From Camelus dromedarius (lineage: Eukaryota), in assembly GCF_036321535.1 (NCBI RefSeq), contig NC_087437.1:41046001-41110000 (forward strand): a DNA stretch of 64,000 nt. The letters run 5' to 3'. Positions 1-14,114 of the stretch are shown here, one piece after another (the first letter of the stretch is position 1; each line of letters begins with the position of its first letter). The notes under the pieces were generated by a model. That model was not told the DNA's origin. It saw only the letters and a program-made list of their open reading frames with translations, and ran no database searches. The position numbers and the translations under genes are program-made.

Positions 1-140
1 CCTACATTTTTTCAGAGTTCAAAGTTTAGCAAAAAGGTCGACTGAGCTATTTAGCTTATTTGTGTCCTGAAGTCCTAAGTGAAAATAGTTTATCTCAAAT
101 TGGCCCAGAGGAAACAAAAATCAATCAAAGTGAAAAGAAA

Positions 141-363
141 TAATTTCATGTTGTGTGGGACGCCAAATTGCATAAAGGCAAATAATTTTGCACCCCCAAA
201 AAAAGTACTAAAAGAAAAAGGCCCCCCCAATGTTCAGTGTTTTCCCCCAATAATTTCATGTTGTGTGGAATGCCAAATTGCATAAAAGTAAATAATTTTG
301 CACCTCCAAAAAAAGGACTAAAAGAAAAAGCTCCCCCTCCAGTGTTCAGTGTTTTTCCCTCCA
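141..363. repeat. Two tandem copies of a ~110-bp unit
   Basis: taatttcatgttgtgtgg...gttcagtgtttt starts at both 141 and 251. Confidence 0.9.
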
Positions 364-1853
364 CTCTTAAAAAGTAGTTTTTTTAAAGTGCCTTTCTTTT
401 ATGCACATTAAAGCAAACATAAAAAGAACTGATTCAGTGCTCCACTTTGTGAGGAAAACAGCATGGAGATAGTTTAGCTCACTGTTAAGTCTTTGGTGTC
501 TATCAGAACTGTATGTCCACAGTTGCAAAACTAACTAAGTGAAAGTCTGTTTAATCATCTGTGTATTTCAATTTGCCTACATAGGTAAAAGCACTTACAC
601 CAGTGCCTGGCACACAGGTAGTATACAAGAAATGTTAGCAATCGCAATAGAGCAGCTAATTTAGCATCCATATACTGCTAAGGCAAAAAAGGAAACATCA
701 AAGGGGACGACTGTTTTGTGCTGGGAAACTCAGTCTTTCCAGGAAAATTAAATAGGGATTTTGATCCAGTCTGAAACTGAACATTCATGAATTTTCAGGA
801 GCCCGCCCTCAGGATCCTCCAACCCTACCTTTCCAACTTATTTTAAAACATAATAATTTAGAAAATATTTTTTCTTAACAAACAGTGATTTTTTACTTCC
901 AATTTTCTAAGTTAGACTGCTCTATCTTATTTGGGGCTTGAGGAGATATACAAAATGCTAGAATTATCACTGTTTGATTGTATTTTATAACACAACGCAG
1001 AACACCAGGCTGTGCTCAATTGAAAAGCAAAACAAAATTTGGCTCAAAGGATTGAACCAGCTAGGAGTAACATGGGTTTATAATCAATGTTAATATTTAC
1101 TGATAACCAGTGCTAAATGACCAAGTAAAACCTTTTAGTGCTTAATCCTACAAAAACAATTTGGTCATCAAAATAACAAAAAAAAAAATTTTTTTTTCCC
1201 TAAGTATTGAAAGATTTTTGGGAAGCTTACCCAAAATAAAAGTTTTCTTTATAAACATATTTTAATATGCTTAATAAACCATTCCCCATGAAAAAATAAA
1301 ATTATAAGCATAATACAAATTCTAATGCACAAGAAAAATGCTGAGGGGGAGAAATAAAAAGTTACCAATTTTAACATGGACCTTACTGCCACTAGTCATA
1401 TCTCCTTTAGTATGAGGTCAATGGGTAAGAAAATTCCAACTTACTCATATTTAAATATGCAAATATTGGTTGTGTCTTCAGGTTTCTAGTTTTGTGCTTA
1501 ATGAAGCAATAACATAATGCAATGAAACTGCTTCAATTTCAGGAGACCTTTGTTATAAAGGACAGGGTTAAGAACTTTACACTGTACTTGCCATGTCGTG
1601 TAACAAAATGAGCTAGACTTCTGGGTTTACGCAATTACTGAATCTTACCATCCAAAATAGATTCTCTAAGTTAAAAAAATATTTTGTTTGTAATATTTGA
1701 TGACATTTCTGATCAGAGCTTATAAAATCTCTTTAAAAAAATAAAAGAGTACTTCAAGATGTAATATAAAGTTCTCAAACATTCTCAAAAAATTGTCATT
1801 TAAAAAACACTGCTTCGTTCCTGTTTCTGTTCATGCCAAAAAGTAGGTTATCT

Positions 1854-2054
1854 TTACACAGTCTCTGTTGCTCCAAGGAATTCCATTTCTACAGCAGCTT
1901 TTGGCGCTTGGGTTGAACCACTCTTCTTTCGGAATTCTGCTGCAATCTCCTCAAAGGACTTTCCTTTGGTTTCTGGGACTTTGAAAAATGTGAACAGAGT
2001 AAAGGCCAGGACCACTCCAGCAAAGAGGAAAAACACATAAGGTCCACAGAAGTC
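1854..2054 (-). CDS. SLC2A2: GLUT2 exon 11 coding part to TAA stop
   Basis: Acceptor atgcag|GAC after an 87-nt intron; [11 protein letters not shown]...[16 protein letters not shown]...[13 protein letters not shown] motif and GLUT2-type C-terminus. Confidence 0.97.
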   Translation of the reverse strand, partial: DFCGPYVFFLFAGVVLAFTLFTFFKVPETKGKSFEEIAAEFRKKSGSTQAPKAAVEMEFLGATETV

Positions 2055-2084
2055 CTGCATAGAGAATAAACAGAGATCCAATTA

Positions 2085-2417
<333 letters not shown>

Positions 2418-3002
2418 CTAAGTAGATTGTCATGGAGTTCAGAGGTGACATTGCTCTCTTCCTGATGTCTTTATGTTGAATTATGTACAAGTTATTCTAC
2501 TCATAGACAAATTTATTGTAGCCTGAGTCATCCTTAAATCTTTTGAGCTATAGGAAATCCTCTGGATTAGGATTTTCTATGACTCTTATTCACTCTTTTC
2601 CTGTGAAAGAGGCAAAGCAAGGATCCAGTGACCTTAGCTTCTACTTATACCAAGATTGCTAGACAGGATGCATGACCCCCTGTAAAGCAGCAGATGCCAG
2701 TGCTGGACTGGAAAGGTCCAGGCACTTGCCCAAGGTCACACAGGGAGCCAAGTGGCAGAGCCAGCGTCAGAACCTGGTTGGAGCTGATCGCAGAGCCTGT
2801 GGTCTACCATTATACTACACTGCTTCTCTGCGTTAACAGGCACAATTTACTGGCTGCTGTTCAGTATTTAAACCCCCAAAATGAATTCTCTTTTTCTTTG
2901 CATTTCTCCTTATATGCTATTCCTCTGGCTTTACTTCATAAGTCAATCTCAAATGTTTTTCACACACAAAGCACTTTAACCTGGAGCACAGACGTGCTAT
3001 CA

Positions 3003-3143
<141 letters not shown>

Positions 3144-5391
3144 CTAGGAAAGTTTTAGACATATTGGCTTTATACTTCACTAGTTGTTTTTTTTTTTTTT
3201 TTTTTTGGCCGAAGAGGTCATTTTAACTTACATAGCTGGAAAGAGGCAGTTCTGTTATTCCATTTTCTAGACGTGGAGCTGAGGAGGGGAGTGGTTCTTT
3301 CCCAAGGTGTCAGAACTGGTCTAGTGAACAGAGGTGGGTAACAAATACTGGCTTCATCGCATTGCATTGATTTGAACCTTCTAGAGGAAGAACCAAGCAT
3401 TACCACCACCCGATGCTTATCACTTTGGGGACAATACTAAGAGGCTGGACACCTTGGCTCTCTCTGAATATAGTTCCTGTACATTTAAAATACAAAGGTT
3501 CTACATTAAAAAATGCCATCTCCCTTCTGATAATTATCCTGTTGCAATTGCAAGGGTTTGAGCACTGCAGACCCCTGACACAGCACAACGGTTGATGTGT
3601 CAACTGTTCTCATCCAACTTTCTTACTGCAAATAAAGTCAAATTGGGACCACTCAGGGGGCAACGTACAGAATTTGATCTCCTTAAAATAATCAGGTCTG
3701 CATTTTTCTGGTGAGCTTAAGTGTACCTAGTACTGGTAATAACCTGCTATTCACTTTGAAAGATAAGACTTCAAAGCGAAAGGTTAAAGTGCTTTCTTAT
3801 CCTAATTCAGGAGATACATCATTGAGTCCTTTGGGTCTGTGGACCTTTGCATTAATGGTTAAGATTTACAATTAGCCAGGACCAGAGTTTGTTGACCAGA
3901 CTCTTGCTTTACCCTTGGAATATGGCCAAAGTTGGTGAGTCACAGACACAAAAACTACCTGTCGTAATTTCTCACTTCAGTCAGTAGATTGGCTAGGCTC
4001 ATAAATCTATCAGTAAATCAATAGCAATCCAATACCCTTCGTATACTGAGCTCAGGCTCTGAAAATATCTGAGAAATATTTCTGTTCACTTTCAGTGAAA
4101 GCTCCTTTCATCTCAGAGGCATTTTATATCAGAGTTTCAAATCACTTAAGGATACTAAGCAAAGAGCCTACCTACTTTTAATTGTTGAGAAAGAAGTGGG
4201 AAAACACAAACCTTTCTCAAGTTCATAAAATTTCTCTCTATATTTTGACTGTTTAATTATGACTTTTAAAGCTGACTTGATGACACCATGTCAAGCTGCC
4301 AAGAAAACTGAAGCATCTCTTCAGGAATAAGGGCTTTTCCTGTGTCTGTTTCTTCTATTTATGAACAATTATTACCAATAAGATTATAAACTCTAAAACT
4401 ACATGCCTTGAAAACTGAGTCAGACTCCCTTCTTGGGGCCAGGTGGGTACTCAGAGAGGAGCTGACTTGGGTCGAGACTTGGTCAGGGGCTGGAGATGTC
4501 TACCTGACCTTCAGTCTCATCTTCACCCCAGACAGTGTGCATCACTCAGATCCCAGATGCCTACTTGGAGCTACTCTTTCTCCCCTAGACTCATGCTGCC
4601 TTCCAGTAGTAGCAAAAAAAATAGTAGTAGCAAAAATGAAAATTCCTCTTTAGGCACACTTCGAGTTCGGGTTACCCTGACCTTGATAACTTGATGCTTT
4701 ATATTGCAAATTCTGTTACACATAACATGTTTTAATCATAGTCTCTATATTAGAAAAATATGCTGAAGAGGGATTTGTAAAAAAATACTATCCCAGGAGA
4801 CAAGAGAGCGCATAGTCCCTTGGATTTCATTCCAGTACCAGGCCTTCATTGATTTTGAGTGGGCTTGAACAGGCATTATCTCTAAAGGCACATCTCCCGA
4901 AGCACTGGTGTTCACTTGCTATCTGTTCATCCTCCTCTTTCCAAGGTCCAGTTCTGTTTAATGTGGTCTGAACAAACCTGCCTTTTGATCTAGGTAGCCA
5001 GGCTGTAACTTATTGACCAGTCTAGGTAATAGTTAAATGTCCATGTGCAGAGAATGAAAAACAAATGACTAAAAGTATATTGAGTATAGCACTGTGACCA
5101 AAATTAAAAAGCACAAGGTTTTTGAACATCCTGCATTCAAAGATAAAAAATAAGCCAAATTATCCTTGTTTTAAAGTGAGTTACATTGGTTGGGAAGTTT
5201 TTTGAGTCTTTTGGTTGTTTACTTTAATTCTTAGATTGTTAGGTTAAATATTATTACTGTCAAGATACTGAATCATTCCTTAGATAAGGTATCTGATTTT
5301 GAGACGAATATGTGACCTTTTCCCCTGTTGGGAAGAAAACAAAATTTCAAAAGTATATAATAACATTTGACATTTGAAAAAAGTTACATTT

Positions 5392-5574
5392 GTGGGGGAA
5401 GGGTATGTCTCAGTGGTAGAGTGTGTGCCTAGCAAGCATAAGGTCCTGGGTTCAATCCCCAGTACTTTCATTAAAAAAATAATAATAAAATCTAATTACC
5501 TCCCTGCCACAAAGTATACAGTGCTGTATGTCAATTATAGCTCAATAAAACTGGGAGAAAAGAAGTCCCTCTTT
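5392..5574 (+). mobile_element. tRNA-derived SINE (camelid Vic-1-like) with extra 3' segment
   Basis: A-box-like CTCAGTGGTAGAG, B-box GGTTCAATCCC, A-rich tail and CTAATTACCTCCC; 15-bp TSD aaaaa(a/t)gttacattt at 5377-5391 and 5575-5589. Confidence 0.85.
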
Positions 5575-6208
5575 AAAAATGTTACATTTCAAAAATAACA
5601 ATAATGTCAAGTTATACAGCAGTTCTGCTCCCTTCTGTCATATCACACAGTCACGTGCGTCATCAGAAGCCGTGGCCTTGTGAGCTACCTGGAAGCCCCG
5701 CCCGTGGCTGAACATCACAAGAATTTGCTGAGTCAGTTTAATTTTGCTAGAGGCTTAGCAAAATATCTAATCAAGAGGGCCATGTTTATTTTAAAAATGT
5801 TTTTTCTAAGACATTGGGATAAAATAAAGAATTTCAGCCATGAAAGTAGAGGAATCTAAGTGGAAGATCCAGTATTGACAGAAATAACAAGCTGTTTGCT
5901 AATTCCTGGGGGCTAAGTACAGAGCAAAGGAGAAGGAACCCAGGTATTTACACAAAAATACCAAGTGTCAATTCACAAATCAGTGACAAATGGCCTCCTT
6001 GGCAGATAAGGAGAACCAGTGACCTACCCTGCTCAGTCATGTCTCATCTTAGTACAGTGGTTGGTTATTCACATACAGGGCTCTTCCTGTGACCCACGTG
6101 GTTCTACCTACATACCCAGTACACGTGGAAAATGTCATTGGTTGCTTTTAGCTCACAAGGTTTTTTACTCCCATTTCTGGGCTGAGGAACAAGCAGACTA
6201 TTTATCTA

Positions 6209-6346
<138 letters not shown>

Positions 6347-6584
6347 TTAGTCTTATCAAGAAGCCTAGGACTGATGGCTTTAAAGCAAGAAATATTTTAG
6401 GTTGTTTATTTTTAGTTGTTTCTGTGGAACCTGGGTCCCTAGAATTTCCAAAATGTTTCATCTGCCCTCTCCTTCCAGGACAGGAGAAATCACAGTCTTT
6501 CTTTATTGTGTAAAGATTCCAAACACTTAAACGTTCTCCTTATGTTTAGTTGAAATCTCTACATATGCACTTTATTTTTTTTTT

Positions 6585-7200
6585 CAGTTTTAAAACCTTT
6601 TGTTAAAGTATAAAATACATGCAGAAAAGTGCACATCACTTAAGTGTACAGCTCAATTGATTTTCACAAAATAAACACGCCTGTATAATCAGCGTCCAGA
6701 TCAAAGAATAAATTGTTTCTTGCCCTCCAGAAGCCCCCTGAATGTCACCTTTTCTCCAAATGAAACTCAGCTTCTACCACTGTAGATAAATTTTGTCTAG
6801 TTTTGTATTTGACATAAGTGGAACCACATTGTATGTATTTTGTATTTGGCATCAACATTACCTTTGTGAGAATCATTCACACTGTTGTGTTTGTAGACTG
6901 TTCATTATCATGGCTAAGTAAAAGTAGTATATTATTGTATTAGCATACCACAATTTACCTACCCATTCTACTATTGATGGGTGTTTAGGTAGTTATCATT
7001 TAGAGTGGTTATGAATAGTGCTGCTATGAACATTCTAGTACAAGCCTTTTGCTAAAATATGTACACATTTACACTTAGGACTAGAATTGCTGGATCATAG
7101 CATATGCATGTTCTCAACTCTGACAGACCCTGCCTAACAGTTTTCCAAAGAAGTTGTGCCAATTTGTGCTCTCACCAGTGTGTGTAAGAGTTCTGGTTGT
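6585..7200 (-). mobile_element. Old L1 (L1M-type) 3' fragment
   Basis: Typical antisense L1 3' sequence (ccattctactattgatggg, atgaatagtgctgctatgaacattc, gaattgctggatcatag). Boundaries approximate. Confidence 0.75.
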
Positions 7201-8536
7201 CATTGCATTTAATCCAAAATTTCCCACTAATCTTAGTGGAATTGGAAAAATCTGACTCACAACCTCCTTAATGGCCTTTATTATTTAGTTAAATCCTTAC
7301 GTTTATAATAGTCTTTTAGGTCATTTTTTTAATCTATCATCCTCTGTCATTCCTTTCCCAGGTAACATGTCCTACTGCAGGCACCTCTTCCAGCAGACAG
7401 GGCTGGTGCAGGAGACTGTTCAGACCATGTTCAGAGAGGAATGACTTACTCACTGCACGCTATCCCACCATTTTTAGGCTGCCCCATAGTCTCTGGTTGA
7501 ACATTTCCTGGATGCCTCTGAGTCAGGTGCTGGGATGGAAGCTAAAGCAGGAAGGTTCAGGGAGATTAAGTGTTGCACTGTTGGGTATACAGGCAGAGCT
7601 GAGAGAAAGGACACAGATTTGGTCTCTGAGACCCAAAGTTACAGAGTTAAGAGATAAAAATGGACATCAGGGGCCCCTTAGAGGAGGACAGACACCACAG
7701 CAGAGTGGCAGCTAGCTTGTGGAGTAAGGCTCAGGTCTCCTTTTACTTCAGCTCATGGGAATTATTTCTTTGTCTCCCCAAGTCTCTGTCCACCCATCAG
7801 TCCACCCACAGTGCCTTTGCGAATCTGTGATTCACTATAGAAGCCCAAACCACATTTTTAACAGCAATGAAAGGTGATAAGTGATTTTCGTTATCTAGTT
7901 TCTTAACAAATGCTTAATTGTTTTCTTCTAGTAGCTGATTGTCAGTAGAACAGTTTTAGTCTGAATACAAGGATTGGAATTCAAAACTTAAATGCTGCTA
8001 GTTTAATACACAGTATGTTTTTCAATCATGTCTTTTTTATTACACTCACTCACTGATAACATATCAGTTCAAGCTGTTATGTATTTTATGTGCTCCCCAG
8101 GTAGGGTGTAAGTTTCTTGGGATGGTGAGAAACTTCTTTGCATCTGGATATCTGGTATACTTCATTTAAATAGAGGGAACCATGGATTCCTTTTGCCTAG
8201 GTTCTCAGAAATCCTAGTTTGATACTCAATTCTAGAAGCCCCTTGTAATTTAGTCTTTTTGGTATATTTATTCTCTCTCCCCCTCTTTTGTGTTTATTAT
8301 GACTTACCTTTTAAACGTCATCTTAATAGACATACAGTAACATTGATTACTGACATTAAAAAAATTTAAGCTAGTTTTAGAAATCAAAGGAAGCAAAACA
8401 AAGAAAATTAATGCCCATTCAATATATTTGTTGTAATAAGACATGTGATATCAACATTCTGAAATGTCTGCTAGTTATTTAAACTTAAACCCCTTTCACT
8501 TTGCTCTTAGGAGTTAGGGAGTGTTCTTAAACTCAC

Positions 8537-8724
8537 CGCATTGATCCCAGAAAACTGCTGAACCATGTGCAGCATCAGTGCCACCAGAATGGGCTGCCGG
8601 TAGCTGGAACTGGTGAAGAGCTGAATTATGGAGACTTTCTTTTCACTTGATGCTTCTTCCTTTTCTTTTCTCATCTCAATGATGTCTTTGGTGACATCAT
8701 CACTCCCTCTGAGTCTTTTCAAGC
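8537..8724 (-). CDS. SLC2A2: GLUT2 exon 7 (intracellular helices + TM7)
   Basis: Acceptor gggacag|GC, donor GCG|gtgagt; 188 nt; [13 protein letters not shown]...[14 protein letters not shown]. Confidence 0.96.
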
Positions 8725-9227
8725 CTGTCCCCCAAAATGATCAGGTTGACATAACTCAGGTCAAAACAAAAACAAATTTATTTTTATTACCTTAATGAAA
8801 GAGCTATAGTTCTGCATAGCCCTTTCTATTACTTAATAGCATGGGTGTTGGAAATTCTTTCTTGTTAAATTAAATCTCACTTTTTTTATTAAGAAAAAGC
8901 AGAACATTTGGCTTTATCTCACGACAACAAAAACTATAATATTTTTTTTATCATAGAAGCATAATGTGGGAAAGGTCTTTTAGAAGACTCTGAGTTCAGT
9001 TCTCTGTGTGTGGATTTTCTATCTGGGCTTGTGTGAATGTTCATGGTTGGAAAATGGCATGCGCCAGTCATAGTAAGTGATCTCACATATTCTTCTTACA
9101 TATAACCACTAACTTCATTTGGAAAGCACTGGTACCAGTTTCATGAGTATCCATTTATGCACACAGTTTCTTATTAGCTGATAGTTCCAAAACAATAGGA
9201 AGAGAGTTAAACCACCCATAGACTTAC

Positions 9228-9390
9228 TTATCTTTGCTTTGGCTTCCTCATCCAACCTGATGTAAAGGTATCTGGGGCTTTCTGGACAGAAGAAGAGCAG
9301 CAGAGACTGGAGAACGGCTGGCACAGCAGTTAGACCAAGTAGGATGTGCCACAGCTCATGATTGCCCAGGAGAAAGTCAAGGCCAGCAAT
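9228..9390 (-). CDS. SLC2A2: GLUT2 exon 6
   Basis: Acceptor ttttcag|ATT, donor A|gtaagt; 163 nt; contains the PESPRYL sugar-porter signature. Confidence 0.97.
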
Positions 9391-10295
9391 CTGAAAAGGC
9401 AGGGAGGAAGCATATCGACTGCATAAGAATTTGGACCTACCTTTTGAAACAATTTGTTAAAAAACTCACTGGCTAATGGCAATCCCTGACAACTTTGATT
9501 CAAGTATGCGCAAGTATGCATAAGATGGAAACTATTACTCATGTAGTCTCACCTTAACTGACTTAGGAACACTTTGTTTTACAAAGGATTCACCTAGATT
9601 TGTTTTCATTAACTGCTATGGGACATTTAAGATGGGCCTCAACCAAACCGCCAAGTACACGTTTCAATATCTGAAACGACAGCAAAAATCATGCATAAAT
9701 TTAGACCTTTGTAAAAAAAAAATTCTTCTTCGATTATCCAGAACTTAAATAGGATGGCATCCACACAGCTAGAGCAATTACTCTGATGAGAACCAGTTTT
9801 GTGATCCCTATTGCAAGGAGTTTATCATCTGGATAGTCAGGTGTGAGGTTCCGAAGAATCCCTCTGAGACCACAGGATAGAAGGAAAGAATAGACCAGCT
9901 GAGCAAGAACTGCTATTGTAATCATTTGCATATTAAATTTGAGCAGGTAAGATGCTCAAAACAAAGGAAACCCAGGCAGCCAAGGATTTGATATTTTTTA
10001 TTCCTTGAAATCTAAGTGGAATAATTTAATAGTAGAATAGCTCCAGAGGTTCAAGACTTGGCTTACCAGGTCACCTCCAGTGCCAACCCCCACACAACTC
10101 CAGGGAGAAAAGTGAGGGATGGAGTAGCAGTACGTTAGCTTTGAGCTAAAAAGCCAGTATCTCTATACCACATCCACTACCACTTGTGGAACTGTTTTTT
10201 TCCCTCTGCGTTGGTCTACAGTGAGAGTGGACAGTTAGGGAGGGAGACGTTGGGTAGAGTAGAGGGTAGGTGAAATAGGGGCTGGGAGTTTTCAC

Positions 10296-10411
10296 CTGAC
10301 TAATAAGAATGCCCATGACAATGGCCAGCTGATGAAGAGTACCCATGGCACCCCGGAGCGTAGTTGGAGCAACTTCACCAACGTACATTGGAACCAAGCC
10401 CGAGATTAGCC
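10296..10411 (-). CDS. SLC2A2: GLUT2 exon 5
   Basis: Acceptor atgcag|GG, donor CAG|gtgaaa; 116 nt; [38 protein letters not shown] (PMYxGE...RG motif). Confidence 0.97.
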
Positions 10412-12890
10412 CTGCATGAGACATGAACATACATGTTAAAATGTAGCCAGGACTACCTCAATAACAATAATTTTGTTTAAGTACAGTCAGTATTCTGCTG
10501 AAAATCCCTTCCTGAGTTCACTGGAAGGAAGAGACCTTGCCCCCAACCATTGACAGAGTTTATGCAAAAAATATTTGGTGACAAGATTCCAGATGAAGTT
10601 GTAGTTGGAAGCACAAACAGAAATGGTTGGTCATGCATTTGGCAATTATTCATAGCATTGGCTCATCTAGTTAAAAATCCATGTTAATATTGAGTTTACA
10701 TCATAACGCCTTAGGTTATCTTCAGAAAAGAGACTGAAAAATGCTTTAACAATATTCTTAAAAACACAATACCATTCTTAATCTAGATTCATGGGATTAA
10801 AGGAAACTAGAAAATATCTAGGCCAACCTCTTTACTTGGTAAAGGTGAGAAACAACCTACCCAAGATCACAGGGCAGTAGAGCGTTAGCGCGAGAACCTC
10901 AAGTGCTGCCTGAGTTCTCACAACGTGGAGGTGCCCAAGATCACACTTAGGGTCGGGGGTTGGCATGTAGGGAGGTGGAAGGGGATGAGGAGCTCAGGGC
11001 TCTTCTCCCAATTCCTCCAACCACAGCAACCTAGCTTCTTCTGTATTTTCTCCAAATAATAGGCTTCAGAAAAGATTATATTTGAATAAAGATTTCTGGT
11101 GTTTAAAGGAATACAAAAAAATTTGAAAAGCACTAGGCCATTCTGCCTTTTATAGTTTTCTTAAATGCAGATATAATCAGTCATGTTAGAAATGGTGAAG
11201 GATCCAGTCATTTGCTGAGTGCAGAAAAAGGTCAGAGACTATCAATGAGCAAGGCTGAATATAATGTTTTGTATTTTCTTAAGAATTTAAAAATAAGATT
11301 TGTCAGAGACTTCCTCCTATAGAGACTGCCTGCCAATCAAATGGAAATGGATGGTCTTTGTGTAACAGATGCTTTTGGAAACTGTTTCAATATATATATT
11401 TTTAATGCTTCAAATTGTCCTTAATATCTCACGTCAACATTTGCATGGTAGATACAGTATCTGAATTTCTTCTGACTTTTACAAGTAACTCTGATGTGCG
11501 TCTGTTGATTTAAATAAGAAGAAAAAACATGTGTTTGGCCCTGTTCCAGGCTGTACTATTTTTGTGTAATACCTAATGTTATACCTCAAGAACAGAAAAT
11601 GCAAATAAGCTTGCAGGTCTGAAGTTATGTGAACCTGGTCAAATTGTATTTCTAATAATTTTTGGCAATTTTAATGCTTATAATAGGACCAGACATAATT
11701 TTAAAAGGTGGTTGGAGGGTGTAAGTTACCTAGCTGTGCTAGTGATAGTTTGCCTCACAATATGTTTATATAGCATTTATTTTCAATTTTATCAAAAATA
11801 TTTTGTAATTTTTTCCTCTACTCTATTTCTAGAAATGGAGAGAAAAGAAAGAGGAATCATGATTTGGATCCTTTGATAGTGTTATTAGTAGCGTTTTACA
11901 GAAGAGGAAACTGAGTCTCATATTCACTTACAAAGGCTACACAGAGACAGTGCCACAACTGATTCACTCTGAATCCAAAGCTCTTTCCACAAGTGAGTTG
12001 ACTCTTTACCTGGATAAAGTTATCCACACTTTCAGTTATTTGTATTAATGTTTAAAATAACACAGAGACATTTAATTAAGTAACCTAAGACTTCTGTTTT
12101 AACTGATCATTGAAAATGCATGAAATTATAGTCTTTCTTCTTTTCAGGTAAGAATATTATAAGTATTTTATGCACCCTTTTGTGCCCTCATGTCTCCTCT
12201 CCCATCCCCAAAGAATATTAGTGGTTTGACATGTGGCTGTGATTCAGGACAATGGGTGTCACTGGCATTGAGAAGCAAAAGATTTGGCCATTTTAGAGAA
12301 TGAGGGATCCTCCCTTTCTTCAGGCCTCTGCTGGTAAGTTGCTTCAGGAAGTTTGAAAAGCTATTTCCAAGAAATAGTGACTAGACCGTGACATTCTTAG
12401 GAGATGCGTCTTCCCTCCATTCTGAACTCCTCTACCAGCTGCTTCTGCCCGATTCCCTCTCCCTGTGGTCCCCACCCCCTGTAACACTTCAGCCAGCAGA
12501 GAGGGCTGGGGAATGTGGTCTGAGACATGGGCCGGGATGTCAAGGTCTTTCCAGATAGGAGAGACGGCGACATCAGTGGCCAGGCGGGCCAGAGGAGTGT
12601 AGTTAGTCTAGCAGTCTTCCCCTGTCTACTGAACAGCAGGGGTAATAACAGCAGCTGGCACTTTTGACAGCTTACTCTAGTCAGATTCCACGCTGAACAT
12701 TTTATTCTTGCAAACGCCCCATGAAGTAGATATTGTTATTCTTCTCATTTAATGTATAAGGAAGCTGAGAGTTAAATAATTTGTCTGAGATCATATGACT
12801 AGAAATGATGTCATTGCTGTGGATAAGAACATAGCTTTACAACTTCCACTTACTGGTCCCAAACTTCCCTAACTTAGGACTGCAACCTTA

Positions 12891-13208
<318 letters not shown>

Positions 13209-14114
13209 TTATTTGCTTTCAGAGAATGCTGAGATTTTTACCTAAGAGTAACTATTTTAATTTTGCTGATAGAGATGGTTGGGGAATCTTAAACCATGAT
13301 TGCTACTTTGATTGGTCTTTGGATTAAAGCATTACTAATAAGTAATATTTATAATGAGAGAATTTTGTGTTGCATGTGCCTGACCTCCACATTTTGACAG
13401 AGATGATTCAATTGTGATGATGACTAGTTTGCTTTAAGATAACTCTTTTGGCACTTTTTCAAGTAGTTAACAATTAGATTTTTCCACAAGTTGATTGTTT
13501 TAGACAATAATTGCCTGGTGCTAGCTAAATTCAATTCTGTGGCTGTAACCTATGATGCTCTTTTTTCCTTTTAATGGTATAGGTTTTTTGTTGCTATAGA
13601 TCATGAAAGGAACTTTCAAAGTTCAGGTTTCTTTAGTATGAATTATTTGGAAGTAAATTAAAACACTCTTTTACTTTAAGCCTTATCATAGAGAACTATA
13701 ATTATTCTTATTTTATCATTGTATGCCAGCATACTTCCAGAATGTATGAATTAATGTCAACTAATGTAAAGTGCATAATAAAGTTGACAATAGCAACAAA
13801 AACATCATTTTCAAAGTTAATCTTATGAAAAATTGACAACACTTGCAGATATCTGACACTTTTCCTCCTATAAAATAGGGAAGTGACACAAAAACCTTCT
13901 TCAAAGTTCAATCGATGATAATAAGGTCAATAAAAGAATCTGAGTGAACAGGTATGAAAACGTTTGTGTCACAAAGAAATGTAAGTATCTTATTATGTTC
14001 CATTTCAATGTTTCAAACTCTAATAGGTGTGCTTTTACTAAGGGAGTATCAAACACCAAACCGATTTTTTTTTCTGGGGTATAAAACCATATAATCTCAT
14101 ACTGCAATGAAACT

